64,000 nt of DNA, from the IMG/VR virus record IMGVR_UViG_3300032157_000004, positions 17,874-81,873 of that record; one strand, 5' to 3'. The stretch is from a virus. Positions 17,007 to 26,700 of the stretch are shown in pieces (the first letter of the stretch is position 1; every line of letters starts with the position of its first letter). Both the position numbers and the translations under genes were made by a program. A model generated the notes under the pieces. The model worked only from the letters and a program-made list of their open reading frames with translations. It searched no databases and was not told the DNA's origin.

Positions 17007-17035
17007 ACTATAGCATGGCGTCGGCGGCTTGTCTA
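17007..17035 (-). promoter_or_regulatory. Sigma70-type promoter of the RNA-Ro60 operon
   Basis: TAGACA (17035-30), 17 bp, TATAGT (17012-07) with TGn; +1 predicted at 17000, the first base of the Y-RNA stem. Confidence 0.72.
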
Positions 17036-17057
17036 TCCCCAATAGGCTACATATTTT

Positions 17058-17246
17058 CAACAGATTTAGAAGAACGGCGGCGACTTCCATAGCCTAATGG
17101 CTAAATCTGTTAAACGCCCGCAACCCCGCAAGTAGTTAATACTATATTATTGCTATTGGGTAAGGGAAAATAGTATATATAGGCTCTATAGGTAATAGGG
17201 GAGGAGTGACTACTTGTTGTAGTGGTGCGTAAACAACAGATTTAGA
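17058..17246. repeat. Three copies of AACAGATTTAG (operator- or iteron-like)
   Basis: caacagatttaga at 17058-17070 and 17234-17246 (direct); ctaaatctgtt at 17101-17111 (inverted); AT-rich stretch between them. Confidence 0.5.
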
Positions 17247-17249
17247 CAA

Positions 17250-17780
17250 TCAGCCATTCTTAAAAAGCCGGATCACGCTTAAACGCGAACCCCAACCGTT
17301 GCCTAAACCCGATCCAAGAAGGTTCCAGTTTGTGCCAGCACTAGCCGCCATCAGTCGATAGCGGTAGTTGATGCCAACTCTGAGGATACAATTGGTGTGG
17401 ATAGATGTGGCGCTGCCTAAAGTCGAAGCTGCCGCTGCCATCGTGCCTGGAAGTTGTGCGAAAGTACCCGTTGCCGGATCTTCTTCTATGTAGCCGTAGC
17501 CTTGAGCATCTACGCCTGTCGTCGGGCTTGCCATGACTGTGTAGTTAAAAAAATAAATTCCGGCTTCCAAAATAGTTAAGATACTAGAAGCCAAAGAAAA
17601 AATTTCCGGCGCTGAGTTCTGACGAGTCGTAATGAGAGGAACAACGATGGCAGCAATATAGGCAGACCCAAAGAAGCCGGAGTCGTACCACTCTGCCGAC
17701 CAGTTGCGATCTTCTACGTCTAAGTGATCCGCCGATCCGATTTGCTGTGAATCGGTGTTTCTAAGTCCTACAGTGGGCAT
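17250..17780 (-). CDS. Tail-tip associated hypothetical protein
   Basis: Last gene of the virion operon; beta-rich composition. Confidence 0.55.
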   Translation of the reverse strand: MPTVGLRNTDSQQIGSADHLDVEDRNWSAEWYDSGFFGSAYIAAIVVPLITTRQNSAPEIFSLASSILTILEAGIYFFNYTVMASPTTGVDAQGYGYIEEDPATGTFAQLPGTMAAAASTLGSATSIHTNCILRVGINYRYRLMAASAGTNWNLLGSGLGNGWGSRLSVIRLFKNG

Positions 17781-17837
17781 TCATCAAACTCCCATCACAA
17801 TTCCATCAAGTTTCCGTCACAAAAAGACTTGACAGCA

Positions 17838-19022
17838 TCACACTTCGGTTCCCCTAAGTCCAAGCCGTGCGCTACGCATGTCGTATTTAGAACTCATACC
17901 GCCAGAAAATTGCACAGCATAGGGTGTTCGCATGTCGAACTGTACCGATTCAATTCTGAGCATCCTGGGATCACGATGTAAGTCAGAAAAAACTGGCCCC
18001 AGCCCTGGTAAGAAGTCAGAAAAAAATATCCACTTGCCAGGTCGAATTCGCCAGGGAGAAACAATACTGCCACCAGAGTCGAGAATAAGTCTCCTGGGAT
18101 CGGCAATCTCGATGGTGTAGTCTACCTCACTCGACCCTGGCCCATAGACAGGCTTGCGATTTGAGTAGATGCCAAAGTAATGCCGGATGTTGTTAGCGTC
18201 ACCCATTGCCGTCACACCGCGAATGTGTTCGTTAGCAAGCTGGTCATCGTTCTCGTAGAGCGGCACAGCGGACGTATTTAAGGCGATCTCGCTGTGATCG
18301 CTAGATATCCAGCCTGAGTTAAGATGTGCGCTTAGAACAGCCTTAATGCGGTCGGAGATGGTTATTGTGCCTGTGCCTGGAGTCGTGTAGTTATAGGGAT
18401 AGGTCAATGTCCGATACCAGCCGACGCAGTTGATAGTCAAAGAAATTTCTTCGTTGGAAAAAGAAAAATTTGAAGAAATTTCTGGATGACCATGTTCGGT
18501 CAACCACATATCGACTAGCTGGTCAGAATTGGCGTCAGTCACGCCCGCCAAAGATAAAATTTTAAACCAGATACCCCAGTCGGATTGTGATGCTGTGTTG
18601 TTAACGGTCGGTGTTTTCTTGCGGACACCGATCTGAGGCGGATAAACCGATGTGTCCACACCGGAATAGATTGCAAAAACACGGTTGGAGATATCGGTCA
18701 CTGGCCCTAGTGTAAGGGAAAGTCCTGCCTGATTAACATTGATTGAATCAACAAAACCTTCCCACACCGAGTCTAAAAAATTATCATAGACGATGATAGG
18801 TCGAAACAGACCGTCCTGCACCCACTCGTCTAAAGATGCCTGGTTTTCCGACAAAGAAAAAGAAGCTGTGTCGAAACCGCCGAAAGCATTGATGGTGTGT
18901 CGCCAGTCCTGAACGGAAACGTCTAAATTTCCTCTCCAGTTGCCGCCTTTTGGCAGTCTCTCAAAGTAGGAAATCGTAAAATTTTGACTGGAAAAATTAC
19001 TGCCGATAGACGCCCCAAACAC
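17838..19022 (-). CDS. Minor tail (hub/baseplate-like) protein
   Basis: 394 aa, third gene after the tape measure; call is by position only. Confidence 0.55.
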   Translation of the reverse strand: MFGASIGSNFSSQNFTISYFERLPKGGNWRGNLDVSVQDWRHTINAFGGFDTASFSLSENQASLDEWVQDGLFRPIIVYDNFLDSVWEGFVDSINVNQAGLSLTLGPVTDISNRVFAIYSGVDTSVYPPQIGVRKKTPTVNNTASQSDWGIWFKILSLAGVTDANSDQLVDMWLTEHGHPEISSNFSFSNEEISLTINCVGWYRTLTYPYNYTTPGTGTITISDRIKAVLSAHLNSGWISSDHSEIALNTSAVPLYENDDQLANEHIRGVTAMGDANNIRHYFGIYSNRKPVYGPGSSEVDYTIEIADPRRLILDSGGSIVSPWRIRPGKWIFFSDFLPGLGPVFSDLHRDPRMLRIESVQFDMRTPYAVQFSGGMSSKYDMRSARLGLRGTEV

Positions 19023-21598
19023 TAGCTCACCCCGCGATAGGCCAGATATTGCTGTTGTTTATAGACCTGCACAGAGCCAGGAGCCTCTGGATAGCTGGCC
19101 CAGTAATCGTTCCAGTGTAGAACCATAAACCAGAGTCGCTGGTCTTTGTTGGCTTGCAGAATCATCGGCCCATTGTTGACTGCCTGGTACTTACTTACAA
19201 TCAGCCCAGCCGGATTGCGATTCAAAGCAGAGATGGCGATTTTTGGATTGGTAATACTGTCTACATCCAAAAAATTTTGATTGGCAATTTGTGGTGTACC
19301 AACAGGCGTCAGATCAGGGATGTAAGCATCAATCGCCCATTCATCAATTGGCATAAGCACAACATCATAGAGATAAAGCTGCCTTGCTGTCGCCGTCGTG
19401 TAGCCCTGGACGACAATCTGCATTTGATCGGATAAGCTTCCGCCCATACAAGCAATCTCCCTGGTCGAGATCGCAAGCTGTCCAAAATCCACCGCTTCCC
19501 ACTCTTTGTTGGCTGTCGGGTAGACCGGATTGGTATTGAGACGCATACCACCAGACCCAAATCGCATCTGGAGTCGAAGCCGCCAACCTTGCGTTGTGGC
19601 GTTGTTATAGAGACACCTAACAAAAGCACGATAATAGCCATGAAATTCTCTGGCAATAGATGTGCTGAGTGTAATCGTAACCAGGTCTTTCCAGTCGTTC
19701 AAGTCTCCGGCGCTGCTAAGATTTACGCTGAGTCTCCTCCCCGTTGGAGCCGTAGAGTCGTTGACCCAGCTAATCCCCGTTGCAGAGCCTTGTGTCATTG
19801 TGATACCAAAAGGTAGCTGTGTATCCGATATGTTGATATATGGATTGAAATTAGAACCTCTGTCAAGACTTCTCAGCCCACAGACTACTCTCTCGATTAT
19901 AAAACCCGACTGGCTATGGTATTTGACTCTGCCCACAGCGGGAAGATCGCCCTTTACTTGGTCTGCCGAAATGTCTATATAGGGCAACAGTGTCGTGTAG
20001 ATAAAACGATTGTCATGGATAGGATATTTCGGATCTGAGCCGACTGCGCTGATTCTAGCTCTTACCCAGTAACCTGTGATGCCGTTGACAGTTGTAGTTG
20101 ACCAAGAAGGAGGCACAGCCCAGGAAACATTATTGACCCCAGGAATCTTAAACTGATCGGTGTTGTCCAGAGGGTTTAGAGCAGACCAGGAAGCCCCGTT
20201 CCAGTATTCCCAGACAACTGTTAAATTTTCTTGGATCTGTGTGATATCAAAATTTAAATCAGAAAAAGTTCCGCCAGGAACATTGGAGTCGTTTGTCTTT
20301 GAGCCAAAGTAAACTGCCTTGTTGACAGTCGGATTGGTTCCCAAAAGCTCATAGGGAGGCACAGCCCCAAACTGGAGATTAGAATAAGTGGAGCCGTTAT
20401 AGTGAAAGACATGCGAAATATTAGAAAAAGAAAATTTATTAGAGACAAAAACTTCGTTCTCACAAGTCGGAAGTCTACCCAAGAATCGTGAAGTAGCGAC
20501 TCCAGGTGTGCCAGGAGGTTCAGGCTCGTCTGGCGGATCGACAGGAGGGTTGCCACCGCCTTCGCCGCCCGTTCCGCTGAAAAGAAAAATTTCTCCTGAT
20601 GCCCCACCCGCAATCAAAACACCCGATGTAGTTCTGACAAAAGAATAAATTTGTCCTACCGGAGCGGTTGTTGCCAATGCCCAGCTTAGACCGGAATTGT
20701 AAGAGACATAGATAGCGCCATTGGCCCCTGCCCAAATAGTACGCAGTATTGAATTGTGATCGGGAGTTGTGTCAACGTACATGGCATTATAAAGAATGCC
20801 GTCCGCTGGCCCGTAGAGAAGGGCAAAGTTAAAGCCTGATGAGCCGCCGCCTGGGTAGTGCCAGATGTTTGTATCTGTTACGTCAGCGGCCCCCTTGACT
20901 GCCCATAAAGCGTCCCTACGATAGACACCAGCGGCGTCTTTGTGTAGGAAAGAAACCATATCCAGACCGCCGTTACCTGCACCGCCACCGTAGGTTCCAA
21001 AAGCGACTAGCTGGTTAGTTGCCTGGTTGACGCCATGCATGGCTGTGTAGTAGCCGTCTACACCAATAAAAACTAAAGTAGTACCGTAGGCACTGGGTTC
21101 GCCAGAGAAGGGAGTAGCGGCTGCGGACTCTCGATAGGAGGCAACCGACAGATGGGTACGATGATAGTCCGGTGTGGATACATAATTCCAGCTTCCAAAA
21201 GCACCTGAGCTATTGCTGTAAACAATTGGGGAATGAGCAGAGTTTGTAACCGGATAGCCAACGGCAACCAGTCTGTTACCTGATTGGATCGCCGTGATAT
21301 CCAGATAGCCTGTACCGTTAGGGTGCGACCATACCTTAGACCAGTTAGAACCGTTGTTGACACTGAGCCAGATGCCACTTGTTCCCGACGCTCCCGACAT
21401 GGCAGCTAAGATATGGCCGGAGCTTTGAATCTTAGCAAAGGCATTGATTGAGTCAGCCCCAGAACCAAATGTAGCAAGTAATGTCCAAGTCAAGCCGTTG
21501 TCGGATGACTTGTAGAGTCTGGCAGAACTGTTTGTCCCTGCTAGCACGTCGCCGTTATTTGCTTGGATTAGAGCTTTGACATCGCCTAAAATTGCCAC
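19022..21598 (-). CDS. Tail protein with N-terminal BNR/Asp-box beta-propeller
   Basis: Asp-box repeats YKSSDNGLTW, WLSVNNGSNW, YVSYNSGLSW; Pro-rich linker; position in the tail-tip module. Confidence 0.65.
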   Translation of the reverse strand: MAILGDVKALIQANNGDVLAGTNSSARLYKSSDNGLTWTLLATFGSGADSINAFAKIQSSGHILAAMSGASGTSGIWLSVNNGSNWSKVWSHPNGTGYLDITAIQSGNRLVAVGYPVTNSAHSPIVYSNSSGAFGSWNYVSTPDYHRTHLSVASYRESAAATPFSGEPSAYGTTLVFIGVDGYYTAMHGVNQATNQLVAFGTYGGGAGNGGLDMVSFLHKDAAGVYRRDALWAVKGAADVTDTNIWHYPGGGSSGFNFALLYGPADGILYNAMYVDTTPDHNSILRTIWAGANGAIYVSYNSGLSWALATTAPVGQIYSFVRTTSGVLIAGGASGEIFLFSGTGGEGGGNPPVDPPDEPEPPGTPGVATSRFLGRLPTCENEVFVSNKFSFSNISHVFHYNGSTYSNLQFGAVPPYELLGTNPTVNKAVYFGSKTNDSNVPGGTFSDLNFDITQIQENLTVVWEYWNGASWSALNPLDNTDQFKIPGVNNVSWAVPPSWSTTTVNGITGYWVRARISAVGSDPKYPIHDNRFIYTTLLPYIDISADQVKGDLPAVGRVKYHSQSGFIIERVVCGLRSLDRGSNFNPYINISDTQLPFGITMTQGSATGISWVNDSTAPTGRRLSVNLSSAGDLNDWKDLVTITLSTSIAREFHGYYRAFVRCLYNNATTQGWRLRLQMRFGSGGMRLNTNPVYPTANKEWEAVDFGQLAISTREIACMGGSLSDQMQIVVQGYTTATARQLYLYDVVLMPIDEWAIDAYIPDLTPVGTPQIANQNFLDVDSITNPKIAISALNRNPAGLIVSKYQAVNNGPMILQANKDQRLWFMVLHWNDYWASYPEAPGSVQVYKQQQYLAYRGVS

Positions 21599-21695
21599 TT
21601 GATCTTTCCCCTAAAAAATTGTAAAATTTTATTTGCTTGATCGAATAGCTTTTGCGCGTACAAAGTCGGCTCTGACCAGAGGCCGACTTTGTATT

Positions 21696-23759
21696 TTAGC
21701 TTCCGGTTTCCCACCCGCTCACTGTCCAAGATCGAATAGAGCTTACTTCTACACAGTCAAATTTGCCTGGTGGTGTCGAGAGCCAGTGTCCCCGTTCTAC
21801 TCTGACCGTCAAAGATCGAACAACCGAACGTGAGTGAGAAAAGAACGGCTGGACATACGGGTTCTCTAGCTGCGGCACGCTGATGGTATGAATAATAGCA
21901 TATCTGGGATTAAGTTCTCTAGCTGCTTTGGCGACCAGGTAGATCGGATTAACCACAAAGTCAGATACCCAATAATCAGCGGCGGCTTCTTGCCACGACA
22001 TGAGTTCCTGTAGATAGCCAATCAGCGGATCTTGATCCCAACTCTCTGCTTCTAACTCGAAAACTTCAATCGCATTATCAAAGTTACGGTAGCGTAACCT
22101 ACGTCCTTGTGCTAGCGGCCCAGAGGAATATCTGCCGCCGTCTTTGTATTGAGCGATCTGAGGCTGCCAATTTAATAAATTAAAGCCGTAACCGTCGTTC
22201 AAAAAATTTAAAATATTTAATTGGCCGTTAGTTTTAACCGTTCCGTCCGTGATGTAAAGCATGGGGACGGGATTGCAGCCGACTACTCTGGCTTTGTTGA
22301 TTGCCAGTAAAAAAGCCGACGCTGTAAGTTCCGAACTGCCCTCAATGGTGGCATGAGCATACAGAACACCAAATGCTCTTGCGGATACTGTTGATGTCCC
22401 TTGAACCGTAGCTGACGCATACTCTGGATCAGAAGCATCTGCTGAGACTGTCGAAGTTCCTGCGATAGTGGCTCTGGCATACGCCGTAGCCCGTTTGACT
22501 GCTGTGACAGTCGATGTTCCTGCGATAGTAGCCGATGCACTGTAGGAAAAAGTGATGATTAGCTGCGGACGCTGTGAAGCAGTAGCGCCTTCGGACGAAA
22601 CAAAAAATTTTCTGTTGAGTGTACCCGCTGCGCCAGGTCTAACTAGCCACCAGCCATAATTAGTAGCCAGTCCTTTATAGAAATCACTTACATCGACAGT
22701 TACATCCCAGTCATAGGTAGTTCCTGTAGCTGTGATAAGAGTTGTCGCTGTAGCCGATGAAGCATAAGAAGAACCTGCTGCGCCACCAGCGCCTCCAGGC
22801 CAGGAGAGTGACCCGTTGACATTTCTGAGATTCCAAGTGCTGCCGTCTACGCCTGACTCCGGCGCAACACCATTCTGATCTCCCTCAAACCATTGGGTAA
22901 GACCACGATGTACGCCGACATTGCCGTCAGGTGCGCCACTGTCCTCCGATGAATTGTAGAGACGCAGAATAGCTGAGTCGATGACAATGTTGGCAGGGAG
23001 GGAGGTCAAATTAAATTTTATTAAACTTTTCCAGTTAAGAGATGTGCTTGTGCTTTGTCCTACATGGAAGTCGCCACGACTACCGTAATTTGCTGTAGGA
23101 ACATTGCTCTCAATCTCTGTATCTTCTCCGCTGTAATTATCAGGTTGCAGCGTGACGGATTCCAGATTGTTGAGGGTATAGGTAATTGTTAGCTTAGGTC
23201 GCTGCGCTGCGCTTCCACTAGCCCCCGCAAAAACCTTAATGCTGGTTGTACCTGCGGTAGCGACCACCCACCAGCCCAAGTTCTGATTTGTACCATTTAG
23301 AATGTTCGTAACATCAGCGGCAACATCCCAGTCAAAATACTGTAGACCTGTTCCAACCGATTGAGACGAGCTTGCTGTTGTATTGTATTCCGTTCCCGCC
23401 ACACCACCCGCACCGCCTGTCCAGGCGACAGGGCCAATATGGTTGCGGTTGTTCCAGGTACTTCCTTTGATGGTTGTCGTACCGCCAGCGCCGTTACCTT
23501 CATACCACTCGACCAGACCACGATGAACGGCAATCGTAGCGGCGGCAACGGCTGTCGTCTGAAAAAGAGAAAGAGTAGCCGATACGATTGTGACATTGTT
23601 GGGAATCGCAGACAGGTCGAACTGCAAAAGTGCCTTACGCTGGTTGACTGACTGGATATGCAGCACCGCGCCAGGATTAAAGTTAATATCTCCATCGGTA
23701 TTGGAGATAAAAATATCTTTTGCGGCTGCTTCATCTGGCTGAATGACAACGGTAGGCAT
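21696..23759 (-). CDS. Tail protein with tandem DNRLRE-like carbohydrate-binding domains
   Basis: Two homologous domains (KDIFIS..D.NF...RKALLQFDLSAIP...ATLSL and EDTEIES...NYG...KSLIKFNLTSLP...AILRL), SATIAGTSTV repeats, C-terminal tail domain; directly after the tape measure. Confidence 0.65.
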   Translation of the reverse strand: MPTVVIQPDEAAAKDIFISNTDGDINFNPGAVLHIQSVNQRKALLQFDLSAIPNNVTIVSATLSLFQTTAVAAATIAVHRGLVEWYEGNGAGGTTTIKGSTWNNRNHIGPVAWTGGAGGVAGTEYNTTASSSQSVGTGLQYFDWDVAADVTNILNGTNQNLGWWVVATAGTTSIKVFAGASGSAAQRPKLTITYTLNNLESVTLQPDNYSGEDTEIESNVPTANYGSRGDFHVGQSTSTSLNWKSLIKFNLTSLPANIVIDSAILRLYNSSEDSGAPDGNVGVHRGLTQWFEGDQNGVAPESGVDGSTWNLRNVNGSLSWPGGAGGAAGSSYASSATATTLITATGTTYDWDVTVDVSDFYKGLATNYGWWLVRPGAAGTLNRKFFVSSEGATASQRPQLIITFSYSASATIAGTSTVTAVKRATAYARATIAGTSTVSADASDPEYASATVQGTSTVSARAFGVLYAHATIEGSSELTASAFLLAINKARVVGCNPVPMLYITDGTVKTNGQLNILNFLNDGYGFNLLNWQPQIAQYKDGGRYSSGPLAQGRRLRYRNFDNAIEVFELEAESWDQDPLIGYLQELMSWQEAAADYWVSDFVVNPIYLVAKAARELNPRYAIIHTISVPQLENPYVQPFFSHSRSVVRSLTVRVERGHWLSTPPGKFDCVEVSSIRSWTVSGWETGS

Positions 23760-26700
23760 TAGTCTCTATTCAACCTCTGTACGATTCTTTCCACTCTATA
23801 TTCAAATTCGGCTGCATCAATCTTATCGGAGACATAGATCGGCCCGACCTGGACATTATTGTAAGTTGTCTGGCTCATACTTTGGTATTTTGTAGCAGCG
23901 GCTCCCTGAGAATTCATTATGGCATTCCTAAAGTTATTCAGAGAGCTTCCAAAATTTCCAGATATTTTGGCTGCATTGAGCAAGCTCTTGGACATTTGGT
24001 TGGAAAAAATTCTTGACCCAGGAGGTAAGTCTACAAATTCCGGCCCTTCTTCACCGACCAAGAGCCGACCACCCCTCCAGTATTGCATACCTGTTGCCGC
24101 ACCGGAAGCTGGAGGAATTGTATCTTCTAAAGGTTTGCCGCCACCACCAGGGCTAGGTGTTTCGGGTACAACTGGTGTAGGTAGTGGATTTCCTGCCATA
24201 CCCAGCGTAAAACCTTCTACAATCCCTTCCCAGATTCTTCTACCTATATCTCCAAAGGATGCAGCCGTATCGACTGGGTGAAAAATTGCCGTAGCAATTC
24301 TCTCAGCCATACCTTTAAGAACTTCAACCACAGCACTAACAGCGATTTCTCCTGCTGCTTTCCATGTCCACTTCCAGCCGCCTTCCTCATCTCCGTTAAT
24401 AAATTTAGAAGTAGCAATAAGGAGAGCCGACTGCCATGATCCAGGATCGGTTGCCGGAAGCCAGGTTGCCAAGATGTCGTTTGCAGCTTTTTGTACTTCT
24501 TGCCATGCCAGTACAAAGTCGCCATCAACTGCTAAGGCTCTAACAGCATTGCGTAAGTGACCCTGCCACGCAGATCCGCTTCCGCCGTTATCTTCTTCGG
24601 CCCACTTACTCAACACTTCATTTGCAGCGATACGAACTTCTTTCCACGCTCCTGCCCAATCGCCACCTATAATTTTTCTGGCTGCTTCAATGGTGTGCCA
24701 TTGCCATGATCCAGTAGTGGTATTTGATTGCCACTGTCCCAAGACAACATCTGCGGCTGTTCTAACCTCTGCCCAAGCTGACGCCCACTCTCCTGAGTTA
24801 ATTTTTCTGGCGGCTTCTATCGTGTGCCATTGCCATGAACCCTGACTTGTGTTAGCTTGCCACTGTCCCAGCACAACATCTGCCGCTTGACGAACCTCTG
24901 CCCATGCAGCCCCCCACTCACCAGAGTTTATTTTTCGGGCTGCTTCAATAGTATGCCATTGCCAGCTTCCAGGCGTAGTGTTGCTCTGCCACTGGCCTAG
25001 CACAATATCAGCGGCGGTACGAACTTCCGACCAGGCTTGCGCCCACTCGCCAGAATTTATTTTTCTAGCAGCCTCAATTGTGTGCCATTGCCACGATCCA
25101 GGCGTAGTATTGCTTTGCCACTGGCCTAAGATAATGTTGGCTGCATCCCTTGCTTCATTCCAGGCAGCAACCCACTCGCCTTCTTTAAGCAGACGCACAG
25201 CTTCGATTAGCTTACTTTGCCAGCTACCAGGAGTTGTTTTGCTCTGAGCTTCGGCAAGTGCTTCATCCATCGCTACACCCGCCTCAAGCCATGCGTTGTA
25301 CCAATCGCCTCTGATAAATTTTTGTACAGCGCCAATCAAAGTATTCTGCCAAGTCTTGAGCGGTTGTCCTTCGGCGTCTACTTGTTTCAGAGACTCCATG
25401 CCCAGAACAAGAGCGTCCTGCATGTTAGCCCAAGCACCCACCCAGTCTCCCAGCAAAAATTTTTCTACGGAGTCTAGTAATTTATTTTGCCAGGTGTTAA
25501 GTTCGTTGCCCGCCTCATCTTTTTGCTTGAGAGTTTCCATGCCCAGAACAAGCGCATCCTGTAGACTCGACCAGGCTTTTGCCCAGTCTCCGGCAAGAAA
25601 ATCCTGCACAGATTGAATAAGCTGATTTTGCCAGGTCTTGATTGGTTGGCCGTTCTCGTCAACCTCCTTCAAGGTTTCCATACCCTTGATCAGACCTTCT
25701 CTGGCTTTTGCCCATGCCTCAACCCACTTGCCCTCCAAGAAAAGCTGCACAGACGAGAGGAGAGAATTTTGCCAGCTATCAGGATTGTCGGCGTCTTTTA
25801 GTTGTTCCAAAGCATTGATAGCACCCTGACGTGCTGACGCCCAGGCTTCCGCCCACTTTCCGTCGATCATCTGCTGGACGGAAGTGATAAAAGGATCGGC
25901 CCAATCGGGAGTAAAATCTTTTAATTTTTCCAGAGCGCCTTTGGCTGTTTCTTTAATTCTTTCCCAGACTTCATTCCAGCGCCCCTCTAAAATATCCAGA
26001 AGGAAATCAGACCAGTCAGTATCGAAATCTCGTAGAATTTGTTTTAGAAGCTCAAATGCGCCTATAGCAACGTTAACTACTTTTCGCCATACCTCACGCC
26101 ATCTTCCCTCTAAGATATCCAAGAGAAAATTTGTAAAGGGAAGGTTGAGTTCTTTAAGAGCAAACTTGATACCGTCGAAGGCGCTGATTGCCATCTGCTT
26201 GACCTGTAACCATGCCTCATACCAGTCTCCATGCACCAGATGCACAATAAACTCAGTGAAAGGCAGGTCAAGCTTGTCTAGCTCACCGATGATGAAGTTT
26301 AAAGCCTCAACTACGACGCCTCTGACCGTGCGCCACGCCTCATACCAGCGATTCTCTAAGATATCTAAGATGAAGTTGGTGAAAGGAGTGTTGAGTTCTC
26401 TTAGCTGATCTTTAATCCAGTTAAACGCAAAAGTTACCGTGTCTTTAACAGTATCCCAGACTTTTGTCCAGCGACCCTCTAAGATATCAACGATAAAGCC
26501 AGTAAACGGATTATTTAGACTTTCTAGGAATCCAATAATTAAATTAAAAGATTTTTTGGCAATCTCGACAACATTTTCCCAGATACCCTCCCAGTCTCCC
26601 TCCAGAAGATCAAGAGCAATGTTAATAAAATTTTTGAAGAAAGGAGGAACGATTTTTTCCAACTCAATTAAAACTGTCTTGACGACCCCCAATGCCGTAT

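Noticed and set aside
24640-25200. Regularly spaced DNA repeats as a CRISPR array
   Set aside because: They are in-frame 129-bp coding repeats with no unique spacers; no cas operon.
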